From: a virus | Strand: one strand, 5' to 3' | IMG/VR virus record: IMGVR_UViG_3300045988_113345 | Location: 1-38,485 of that record | DNA length: 38,485 bases | Part shown: one piece after another, positions 30,448-38,316 of the stretch | Numbering within the stretch: the first letter of the stretch is position 1 | Layout of the letters: every line of letters begins with the position of its first letter | Translations under genes and position numbers: made by a program | The notes under the pieces: model-generated | Told to the model about the DNA's origin: nothing | The model's input: the letters and a program-made list of their open reading frames with translations, nothing else | Database searches by the model: none

Positions 30448-32124
30448 TCATTTCAATTCATCATAATCCACAATCGCATCTATAGCCGATTGCCAGTCGT
30501 ATTTTAATTCTGAATATGCATGTGCTGTTTCATACGCACATCCAGTTTCTTTCATATACAGAAGTTCTCTTAATTCATGATTAAGCAATAAAATATCTGT
30601 TTCACGAATGTCGGTTCCATTTATTAACCGCTGCCATGCCAAAGCTTGGTCTATCGACGGGTCAAATTTCCGAATACTTCCATCTTTAAACAGATGCTCT
30701 TCAATCATCATATGTGATTTTATGCTTTTTATTTCATCATAGGTGAAATCCGTATTTTTCGTGATAAACTCTATATCTGAATCGTTTTCGCAACATTTTT
30801 TATAGAAATTTTTAGCTTGTTCATCGTATTCAAGAGTTTTCATGAAGTTTTTATCTGTAATTTTTCCACCTGCCTTTATTATACCATCCTTGCCGCCAGA
30901 AGTCAACCCACTTTTCTTTGCAGCATGCACTGCCTTTTGTGCCGTTGACCGATTGAATCCAAGAACCTGTTCCCGGAACCGGTCACGGTCTTGCCCGGTT
31001 TGTCTGCAAAAATCTTTCAGCTTCGCTTCATTGGCTTTCAGGTAGCGTGCTGACCGGTCAAATTCTGCTTGTGCTGTCGCTCTGGTCGCTTCATCTGTGG
31101 CACTGTTCACGCCTTCCTGTGCAGTGACACAACGCCGCTTCCAGGCACGCACTCTTCGTTCCTGTGCCCGCTGCATCTGGCTGATTTCGTATTCTGTGTA
31201 TTTCTCACCGTTCCATGCAATCCGCTTTTCGTCCAGCTGTTCCAATTCTTTTTTGGTATAGTTCGGCGTGGACAGCCCCGGAAAGTATGGATGCCAGTCA
31301 TGACGGCAGTTCCAGCCCCGAAAACCATCGCCGTCACCATAGCCAATACCACGCAGTGACCAGACTTTTAACCCGTCAATCGTCTTGCCTACATCCTTAC
31401 CTGTCAAACTTACAAGCTGCCCCTGCCACTTTGCATGCTCCGGTCTTGCACCGCTGTGGGCGGTGATCTCCATCAAATAGCAGTCGTTGTCCTCTGCGTT
31501 GGTCTTGCTGATCTCTGCTGCCGTCTGCCCGACACCTGTCAACGCCGCACGGCGGATTGCAACATCCAGCTTGTCAACGTGTCCGGATGGATATGTGACT
31601 GACAAGCCGCCCTTTGCAGCTTGTTTTAGTGTGCTGCGGATTGCCTCTTGATAGCTAAACGCCCCACTTGTAATCTGCATGTAGGCGTCATTGCAAGCCT
31701 GATAAAATGCACGCTGCGTGGTCAGTGCTGTAGTCTTTGTGAGATTATCCATCACGCCCATGGTCTTTTTAAAACCAGCCTCTAGCACCTGCCGCAGGCT
31801 GTCCGATTGCCGGATGTCAACCGTTGCAATACCGGCTTGCCTGTAAGCCTGATTGTCAATCTCTACAGCCGTCGTGCCTGCATCCTCAAATAACGCCCTA
31901 ACCTGTGCCGTGCATGCGTCTGTGCGTTGTGCAATCAGTTGTAAGATGTCCTCGTACAGCAAACCAGCCTCTTGTAACATCTCTGCTTGATGTTTGGTTG
32001 CCTCGGATACAAAGCCCATTCGCAGGATGCGTTTCACCATCGCTGACAAAATCGCATCTTCCAAGCGTGCGTATACTGCAAGTACAGCGTCCGTGCATGT
32101 CTCATAGTAAATTGGCGGCAGCAT
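30448..32124 (-). CDS. MuF/SPP1 gp7-like minor head protein fused to an unassigned ~150-aa C-terminal module
   Basis: 558 aa. MuF core ...TAHSGARPEHAKWQGQ...GWNCRHDWHPY. After a Gly/Lys linker (aa ~405-420) comes an AT-rich-encoded module ...FDPSIDQALAWQRLINGTDIRETDILLLNHELRELLYMKETGCAYETAHAY... Confidence 0.8.
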   Translation of the reverse strand: MLPPIYYETCTDAVLAVYARLEDAILSAMVKRILRMGFVSEATKHQAEMLQEAGLLYEDILQLIAQRTDACTAQVRALFEDAGTTAVEIDNQAYRQAGIATVDIRQSDSLRQVLEAGFKKTMGVMDNLTKTTALTTQRAFYQACNDAYMQITSGAFSYQEAIRSTLKQAAKGGLSVTYPSGHVDKLDVAIRRAALTGVGQTAAEISKTNAEDNDCYLMEITAHSGARPEHAKWQGQLVSLTGKDVGKTIDGLKVWSLRGIGYGDGDGFRGWNCRHDWHPYFPGLSTPNYTKKELEQLDEKRIAWNGEKYTEYEISQMQRAQERRVRAWKRRCVTAQEGVNSATDEATRATAQAEFDRSARYLKANEAKLKDFCRQTGQDRDRFREQVLGFNRSTAQKAVHAAKKSGLTSGGKDGIIKAGGKITDKNFMKTLEYDEQAKNFYKKCCENDSDIEFITKNTDFTYDEIKSIKSHMMIEEHLFKDGSIRKFDPSIDQALAWQRLINGTDIRETDILLLNHELRELLYMKETGCAYETAHAYSELKYDWQSAIDAIVDYDELK

Positions 32125-33494
32125 CAGCGGTCACCTACGCCAAACAGGCTGTAATCCTCAGGGCTGCCAGCCTCCGGAATCATCTTTTTTGCTTCTTCTT
32201 CCGAGCAGCCGTAATAGCTGCTCAGAAAAATTTCCGGTTTTAAGATGCCTGCTTGTACAAACTGCAACTCTCGCTGCGTCTTTGCATTTACGTCCTCCAG
32301 CACACTGTCACCCCAATCAAAAGCAATCTCAAACTCTGTTGACGGGATAACACCATGATAAAACGCCAGCGTTGCTGCTGCTGTAATCGCTCGCCGCAGG
32401 GCGAATTCCGTCTGCTTTTGCAAGGCAGACACAAATACATAGCTGCGTTGTTTGGACGATTCAATCTCTGTTGCTGTTTTTGCGACCTCTGCAGGCTCTG
32501 ACAACGTACCATAGGCAAGTTGACAAGAAAACTCAATTCGCTGCAAAATCTTATTTAAGCCGTTAAAAAATGATGCATCCCGAATCTCCGGCGAATACGG
32601 CATGATTTTGTCAGAATCATCATCCCCGATGGACAGCATCTTTTTGTATAGCCGCTTATCATGTGCGGAAAGCCGGTCAAATCTGTTGAAAATGTCCTGT
32701 GTCGCAAAGACTGCGGTTTCTTTTGATTCGTATTCCCACAAAATTTCCGACCATAATTGATCCGCCTGAACAATCTGCGGCAGTGCATCCGCAAACACGG
32801 ACACGCCCAAAGCAGAGGTCGGGTCTTTGCTGTTGGGCTTTGGCACACGGAAAAAACCGAACAGCGGCGTTTCTGACTGCACGTTGACCAGCGGCTCTAA
32901 TCCAGCCCACGGCGTTTCTGACAACTCGCAAGGGCTGCCCAACGTGTCTGCATCGTATGCGTGGTAGGTGTAATTTTGGATAATACACTGCTTTTTGTCA
33001 CTGTCATATCCGTGGCACTCAAGCCTTGTGTACCAGTCTGCACCGCTCCGAAACGTATCTGCAAACACGGCGGATTGCATAGACTGGTCAGATGTAAACG
33101 CAATCGGAAACACACGCTGCACTGGCACCCACTCCAACGATACACCGCCGTTTGCAAAATATGGCTTTATCACCATACCACCGCTTGCAAGCCCTGCAGA
33201 AAAGCCAGTTTGCAACGCTGGCAGGTGATTGTCTATCATGGCTTGCAAATAGTTTGCCGTCTTGCTATTTCCAGAAATTTCAATTTTTGACTCTGCAAAA
33301 ATCAACCGTGTAAACTCGGTACAGATTGCTGCTGCAAGATGTAAGCCGTCTTTTTGCTCTCTGCTCTCTGAATTGCCGGAAAACAGCGTTTCCCACTGTT
33401 CAATGCATCCCCTCATTAGTGGAGATATTGCTGTTTTGATATTAAGCGCCGCCTCAATATCTGCATAATTGATTATAAAATCACCCCCAATCAT
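32124..33494 (-). CDS. Portal protein (SPP1 gp6-like)
   Basis: 456 aa from ATG 33494 (the track ORF extends to 33650 inside terL). Lies between TerL and MuF. Confidence 0.85.
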   Translation of the reverse strand: MIGGDFIINYADIEAALNIKTAISPLMRGCIEQWETLFSGNSESREQKDGLHLAAAICTEFTRLIFAESKIEISGNSKTANYLQAMIDNHLPALQTGFSAGLASGGMVIKPYFANGGVSLEWVPVQRVFPIAFTSDQSMQSAVFADTFRSGADWYTRLECHGYDSDKKQCIIQNYTYHAYDADTLGSPCELSETPWAGLEPLVNVQSETPLFGFFRVPKPNSKDPTSALGVSVFADALPQIVQADQLWSEILWEYESKETAVFATQDIFNRFDRLSAHDKRLYKKMLSIGDDDSDKIMPYSPEIRDASFFNGLNKILQRIEFSCQLAYGTLSEPAEVAKTATEIESSKQRSYVFVSALQKQTEFALRRAITAAATLAFYHGVIPSTEFEIAFDWGDSVLEDVNAKTQRELQFVQAGILKPEIFLSSYYGCSEEEAKKMIPEAGSPEDYSLFGVGDR

Positions 33495-34734
33495 CTGTTT
33501 TCCATCCCAAGTGTCGCAGGATGGTATAGCAAAAATACCGGATGTCGTCCATCGCATGATCATTTTCCTTGATAACGGTATCTTGCTGCTTTTTGTCGTC
33601 CCATCGATACAAGCCAAATTCCCGAATGGTGTCCGTGCAAGTATCTGCAATCAGAATCCGCTTTTGTTTCAGCAGGGTCATCGTGTATCGGATGCCGTCA
33701 ATCACGCTGTTATTTGCTTTGCGGACGCTGTAGGCAGCGTGGTGCTGGATACAAGCAATCAAACTTGCGGCAGACGGGTCTACTACAATCTGCTGGATGT
33801 CGTAGCCCTCTGCAAGCCTTGCAATCTCCTGATAATGCTGCTCGTCATCCTTTTGCTTGCCTGCTTTGCGTGCATCATAATAGGATTCTTTAAGTCTCAC
33901 TGCAAAATCATCCTCGACCGCCCACAGCCCGATAGACGTAGGGTTTAGCGTGCCGTAGTCAATAGACAAGTAAAAAACCGCCCTCTCGGACGGTTTATAA
34001 TCATGAACAACGCTAACAGCTGGGTCAAAATTCGGATAGACAAGCCCCTCTGCCACTCGCCACAACCCTAATACATAGCGGTCGTAAAACGCCCCAGCAG
34101 GGTATACAGACGCTGCACGCTGGATTTTTTGTGGTGTCATGATGGGGTTATCCTGCATCGTGAAATGCAGATGCAAAACATCGTTACGCTCGCCATTGTC
34201 CGCCTTTAAAATCCATTGCTGATAAAACCAGTGCTGCGGATTGTCCGGATTGCAGTTAAACCACAACCTTGCATCTCCAACAGACAGCGTTCGGGCAATT
34301 GCCTGATTGACAAACGACTCCGGCATTAAGGCAACCTCATCTAAAAGGACGCCACTCAGCGTGATGCCCTGAACAAGCTTATAAGACGCCTCATCCTTAC
34401 CGCCGAAAACGTGAAATTGGTTTTGCTTGCCGTTGCCTTTGACGGTTAAGATGTGCTTACTGCCACCGATATAGGACACGTTAAAATAATGCGTGATGTC
34501 TGCCATCTGCAACAGCTCCATGATGATGTTACGCTCTGCAGATTGTACCGTGTTGCCGCAGATGCCAAACCGTGCACGGTCAAATGTTGCCATTGCCCAC
34601 AGGATAAACGCACATGCCATGGATGCCGTCTTGCCAGACCGCACAGAACCGTCGCAAATTAAGGCGTATGCATCCGGCTTGTATGCCCATCGAAAGACGG
34701 TTTTTTGCTTTTTGGATAGCTTTGTAAACGTCAT
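33481..34734 (-). CDS. terL: Terminase large subunit
   Basis: 417 aa. Walker A-like DGSVRSGKT near the N-terminus, Walker B-like LSGVLLDEV, C-terminal nuclease-type acidic motifs (HAMDDIRY). ATGA overlap with the upstream gene. Confidence 0.9.
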   Translation of the reverse strand: MTFTKLSKKQKTVFRWAYKPDAYALICDGSVRSGKTASMACAFILWAMATFDRARFGICGNTVQSAERNIIMELLQMADITHYFNVSYIGGSKHILTVKGNGKQNQFHVFGGKDEASYKLVQGITLSGVLLDEVALMPESFVNQAIARTLSVGDARLWFNCNPDNPQHWFYQQWILKADNGERNDVLHLHFTMQDNPIMTPQKIQRAASVYPAGAFYDRYVLGLWRVAEGLVYPNFDPAVSVVHDYKPSERAVFYLSIDYGTLNPTSIGLWAVEDDFAVRLKESYYDARKAGKQKDDEQHYQEIARLAEGYDIQQIVVDPSAASLIACIQHHAAYSVRKANNSVIDGIRYTMTLLKQKRILIADTCTDTIREFGLYRWDDKKQQDTVIKENDHAMDDIRYFCYTILRHLGWKTDDWG

Positions 34735-35096
34735 TCTGCGTCATCCTCCTGCAACGCTTGCAAGAGTTGTGGCAGTTCTGCAACGCTTTTCTGTCCGTTC
34801 TGCTGGGCAAACTGCTTTTTCTTGAGGGCGAGTTCTTCTCGCTGTACCGTTTCGCCGATTAAATCCTGTAGCTTGTCAATCGCTTTTACATTGCCTTTTT
34901 CCGCCTCTTCGTAAAGGGCTTGAATCATCCGCATAGCAGCGTCATCGTTTTCTTTAAAAAATGCTTTAGCGGCTTGTTTCAAGCTCCTGTACGCCCGTCT
35001 GGACGCTCCTGACGCAATGCCGCCTTTTCTTGCAATTTCTCTTTGTTCTTCCTCTGTACGTTCATTCATCGGAATTAAGTTCTTCTCATTCGCCAT
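34731..35096 (-). CDS. Terminase small subunit candidate
   Basis: 121 aa from ATG 35096 (SD GGAGTGGAGG). EEQREIARKGGIASGASRR basic motif. Assigned mainly by position before terL. Confidence 0.55.
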   Translation of the reverse strand: MANEKNLIPMNERTEEEQREIARKGGIASGASRRAYRSLKQAAKAFFKENDDAAMRMIQALYEEAEKGNVKAIDKLQDLIGETVQREELALKKKQFAQQNGQKSVAELPQLLQALQEDDAE

Positions 35097-35116
35097 TTCC
35101 TCCACTCCGTTACTGT

Positions 35117-35152
35117 AAATAAAAAAATCCGGCAGGGGACGCCCACCGGATT
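35117..35152 (-). terminator. Intrinsic terminator in the leader of the late operon
   Basis: Minus strand AAUCCGG-(13-nt loop with internal GGG/CCC pairing)-CCGGAUU followed by U7AUUU. Lies between the late promoter and the terS SD. Confidence 0.65.
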
Positions 35153-35170
35153 TCATTTTTCTATGCTACT

Positions 35171-35199
35171 ATTATAGCACAACAAAAAGGACATTAAAA
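35171..35199 (-). promoter_or_regulatory. Late promoter candidate (extended -10, poor -35)
   Basis: Minus strand TGcTATAAT (35179-35171). The hexamer 17 nt upstream is TTTTAA. Confidence 0.5.
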
Positions 35200-35222
35200 G
35201 GCTTTTTAGGGCTTTTTTGGAC

Positions 35223-35627
35223 TTATTTTTTATCTTCCAGCATTTTTAATGCCTCACGGTGCAGGCGTTTGGATTTTGTTTCCGAAATAAATAGTTTTTC
35301 GTTGACATCCTCCCACCGCATGCCGTCAATGTACCGCAGTCGCATCAGCACCGCATGGTCGGACGGTAAAAACAAAATCGCACGCTCTACACGGATAATA
35401 CTGGTTTGCAACTCTGCTTTTTTTGCCTCGTAAAGGGCTGACAGCTCCTCCAACCGTTCTATGTAAGTCTGCACGGCTGGAATAGGTTCGCCGCGATGCT
35501 TAGGCTCGTCACTGTAACAGATTGCCTTAGTGCTGCGTGCATCTGTTCGCAGCTTGTCAATCCGGTCATCAATCTGTATCAATTCTTTTTGCTTCGAGCG
35601 GCACTGCATCAACTCTTCTTTTGTCAT
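35223..35627 (-). CDS. Late-gene transcriptional regulator (sigma-70 region-4-like; RinA/ArpU/DUF1492 type)
   Basis: 134 aa from ATG 35627. C-terminal LPSDHAVLMRLRYIDGMRWEDVNEKLFISETKSKRLHREALKML is a region-4-type HTH. Last gene before the packaging module. Confidence 0.6.
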   Translation of the reverse strand: MTKEELMQCRSKQKELIQIDDRIDKLRTDARSTKAICYSDEPKHRGEPIPAVQTYIERLEELSALYEAKKAELQTSIIRVERAILFLPSDHAVLMRLRYIDGMRWEDVNEKLFISETKSKRLHREALKMLEDKK

Positions 35628-35673
35628 GGCTTTCAACAATCCTTTCCACAAAATGTTGATAAATTGCATTCTA

Positions 35674-35702
35674 ATTATACCATATCTTGTGGTTTTGTGC
35701 AA
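35674..35702 (-). promoter_or_regulatory. Promoter of the late-regulator gene
   Basis: Minus strand TTGCAC (35702-35697), 17 nt ending in TGG, TATAAT (35679-35674). Overlaps the stop codon of the upstream gene. Confidence 0.6.
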
Positions 35703-36145
35703 GTGCTGACCCTGTACGCCCTGCGTTTATTTATACAATATTGCCGCAAATCTAACACTTGTAACGTCAAAAAGCTGTAGTAAGGGCTGAGTAAGTCGTC
35801 CTCTATCGTTTCAATGCGGTGCAGAGATTCCGGTGTGCCGTCATCCCCCTGCAATGCGTGCTCATACTCTACCATCGTTGACCGCACGATGTATGCAGCG
35901 AGATTTACATAGCAGTCGTTGACGTTGCTGTGCCGGACGCTTGGCGTTAGCTGCTTTCGTGCTGCTCCTGTCTTGTCCTGTAGATTGGATTTATGTGTTT
36001 TGTAGTACTCAGCCCGCACAACCTTTTTGCACGCTTTGCAGTAGCTATCACGCTTTTTGGTGGTGCGTCCGGTATGCTTGTTTACATAAGTCACAAGCCC
36101 ATTGTCTGGAAGTGGTTGTCCGCATCGCTTGCATACCTTGCTCAT
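35675..36145 (-). CDS. Zinc-ribbon protein (paralogue family member 3)
   Basis: 156 aa. N-terminal CKRCGQPL...(25 aa)...CKACKKVVRAEYYKTHK. The rest is unassigned. Confidence 0.6.
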   Translation of the reverse strand: MSKVCKRCGQPLPDNGLVTYVNKHTGRTTKKRDSYCKACKKVVRAEYYKTHKSNLQDKTGAARKQLTPSVRHSNVNDCYVNLAAYIVRSTMVEYEHALQGDDGTPESLHRIETIEDDLLSPYYSFLTLQVLDLRQYCINKRRAYRVSTCTKPQDMV

Positions 36146-36429
36146 CGCTCTTGCTCCATCCGCTTTTTTTGACGGTCAAGTTTAAATGTGACCATTTTGT
36201 CAAACTCATACGGGGACAACAATTTTCGCAGCTGCATCACCATGATGTAGCAATCCGCTGCCTCCTCGATAACGTGAGATTTCAACTCTTCTGCTTGCTC
36301 TGGTGTGGATGCAAGCAGAAACTTTGCAATGGCTGTTTGCAGCTCTCCGGTCTCCTCCATCGTTTTGACAAGCTGATTCTGCAACCCGTAATGGATTGCA
36401 ATCTCGTTGATTGTAAATTGACTACTCAT
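36142..36429 (-). CDS. MazG-like nucleoside triphosphate pyrophosphohydrolase
   Basis: 95 aa. EETGELQTAIAKF...HVIEEAADCYIMVMQL is the paired EExxE / EExxD helix motif of small phage MazG proteins. Confidence 0.7.
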   Translation of the reverse strand: MSSQFTINEIAIHYGLQNQLVKTMEETGELQTAIAKFLLASTPEQAEELKSHVIEEAADCYIMVMQLRKLLSPYEFDKMVTFKLDRQKKRMEQER

Positions 36430-36719
36430 TTTAACCGCTCCTTTACTTGTAATTTGATTTTTGTAAAATCAATCTGATAATCCTGCTTAAAATGTTGCAT
36501 CTGCTCCAGTATGTCGGGCGATTTTCCAAAAATCGGCGGTATCTCAGCGATGGACTGCACATTGTCAAACAGCCGCTGCAACCGTTTCTGTTTCCATCCA
36601 TAGTGCCACTCCAACGCAACGAATACCATCGCCATGCCCTGATAGATAGCCATTTTGTGACTATACTCGACCTCGTGCTTGTTGTACAGGTTTTTCCGCT
36701 GTAAAGCTGGGTTCTTCAT
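36426..36719 (-). CDS. Hypothetical early protein
   Basis: 97 aa. ATGA-type overlaps with both neighbours. Confidence 0.55.
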   Translation of the reverse strand: MKNPALQRKNLYNKHEVEYSHKMAIYQGMAMVFVALEWHYGWKQKRLQRLFDNVQSIAEIPPIFGKSPDILEQMQHFKQDYQIDFTKIKLQVKERLK

Positions 36720-37117
36720 TTGGATTCTCCCTTTTTACCGATTTCGGCTATATCCAACGCTACCAGCTGCTTTATCGCCGCAATCGCCGTGTCAATTGCT
36801 GCAATGTCTTTGGAAAAAGAGTTTTCTTCGTCCTCAAAACCTTTCCTGCAGTCTTCACGGTCGTTGCGTAAATCTTCCAGCTGTCTGACTACTCTTTGCA
36901 GCTTTTCAAGTGGTGTGTGTTCTTCCTTTTCTGATCTGGTTTCAAGCACAAGCATTGCTCCATTATTGTCAATAGAAATAGCCGTTACATCATGCTTGAG
37001 GGAAACTGCTGCAACAGTAAGGTAGACACCGCCACCAAGCCGATGTTCCAATCCAGTAGCTGTCAGGGATACACCGTCCGCATACTTGTCATCAATCTCA
37101 ACAATCAGCTTTTTCAT
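36716..37117 (-). CDS. Hypothetical early protein
   Basis: 133 aa. Overlapping start/stop codons with both neighbours. Confidence 0.55.
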   Translation of the reverse strand: MKKLIVEIDDKYADGVSLTATGLEHRLGGGVYLTVAAVSLKHDVTAISIDNNGAMLVLETRSEKEEHTPLEKLQRVVRQLEDLRNDREDCRKGFEDEENSFSKDIAAIDTAIAAIKQLVALDIAEIGKKGESK

Positions 37118-37620
37118 TTTGATTCCTCCAGTTCCTTGTTCAGAATTTCCGCTGCTTTCTGTGCGTTTTCTGGGGTGTCAAAATATGTTGCACATCGCAG
37201 TTCAAACGCCTTGTAAACTCCTATATTCCAGCGGTTTTCCGCATGATTAAAATAAACAAGAAACTTTTGTCCATAGTTTCCCCAGTCCGGCTCATAATCC
37301 GGACAGAGCATATCATGCAGCTGCTCAAGCCGTAACAGCAACCGCATTTTATCTGCGACTTGTTCGGCACGTTCCCTTGTTCGAAAAAAATTTCCGAAGT
37401 TTTTTCGTGCGATGTCGGTTCGGTGCTCTGTAAACATTTCACAAATCACTCTGCCAGATTGACTGATATAGAAATATTTCTCCCCAAACTTCCACTCTTC
37501 TTGTTTCTTTTGCATCTTCACTTCTTTCTGCAAAGCTTCCAGCTTAGTCAAAAATTCGGATTTCAGTTCTTCAATTTTCTTTTCGATGTCGTTCATTTCA
37601 ACATTTCCTTTCTCTTTCAT
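37114..37620 (-). CDS. Hypothetical early protein
   Basis: 168 aa with a coiled-coil N-terminus (IEKKIEELKSEFLTKLEALQKEVK). No family recognised. Confidence 0.55.
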   Translation of the reverse strand: MKEKGNVEMNDIEKKIEELKSEFLTKLEALQKEVKMQKKQEEWKFGEKYFYISQSGRVICEMFTEHRTDIARKNFGNFFRTRERAEQVADKMRLLLRLEQLHDMLCPDYEPDWGNYGQKFLVYFNHAENRWNIGVYKAFELRCATYFDTPENAQKAAEILNKELEESK

Positions 37621-37639
37621 TCAGATTCTTTCGCTGCGA

Positions 37640-37795
37640 TTAAAACGTAACGGTGACATTTAAAACCGCCGCAGCCAACCAATAAACCGCCCGTCTGTGG
37701 TCTTTATGCCACAAGCAAACCGCTGCTGCACCAACATCCAGCAGTATCATGGCAATTGGTAGGATTTGCGTGGCGTTGATTTTGTTCATGTTCAT
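37640..37795 (-). CDS. 51-aa hydrophobic micro-protein (not in the ORF track)
   Basis: MNMNKINATQILPIAMILLDVGAAAVCLWHKDHRRAVYWLAAAVLNVTVTF has two hydrophobic stretches. SD GGGAAGGAAG. ATGA overlap with the upstream stop. Confidence 0.4.
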   Translation of the reverse strand: MNMNKINATQILPIAMILLDVGAAAVCLWHKDHRRAVYWLAAAVLNVTVTF

Positions 37796-38316
37796 GTCTT
37801 CCTTCCCGTTTTACCAAGAACAAGCTTATGACTTCTAAAGCCGTCTTTTACTTTTTCTCTCGCAATCTCCATTGCATGTACGGAGTTACGATAGCACTCA
37901 TCACACTGCTTTTTACCATTATCAATATCCTTGCCACAGGTTACACAGTGATAGCCATCACCAAACATATATCTTGGCAAAATTCCCATTTTCCGGTTCT
38001 TTTCCATGTGCCTTTTTGCGTCTTTTTTTAGACACATCGTACACATAACTTTTCCGGATTCTGCTGGCTTTTTTCCGCAACGTACACATTTTCCGGCAGC
38101 TTTCCGCTCAGCATATTTCTTTTTAGTTCTTTCACAAGCTTTTTTTCTTTCCGCTTGCTTCCGCTCTTCCGACATGTTTGCAATGTATTTGTGGTGTCTT
38201 TCATTGCGTTTGTATAAACACTCCCAGCAATATTTTCTGTGTGGAGCCGCACTTTCTCGCCCACACTCCGCACAAATCCCATGCTGGGCATACCAATCTC
38301 TCAATTCTTTACTCAC
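37792..38316 (-). CDS. Triple zinc-ribbon protein (paralogue family member 4)
   Basis: 174 aa, GTG start. Three CxxCG...CxxC units (CAECGRE..CWECLYKRNERHHKY, CVRCGKK..CTMCLKKDAKRH, CVTCGKD..CDECYRNS) separated by Lys/Arg-rich linkers. Confidence 0.65.
   Translation of the reverse strand: MSKELRDWYAQHGICAECGRESAAPHRKYCWECLYKRNERHHKYIANMSEERKQAERKKACERTKKKYAERKAAGKCVRCGKKPAESGKVMCTMCLKKDAKRHMEKNRKMGILPRYMFGDGYHCVTCGKDIDNGKKQCDECYRNSVHAMEIAREKVKDGFRSHKLVLGKTGRKT

Noticed and set aside
30550-30600. HELRE in the MuF C-terminal module, considered as a zinc-metallopeptidase HExxH site.
   Set aside because: The second histidine is replaced by glutamate and I see no downstream third ligand motif. 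No enzymatic class is claimed.
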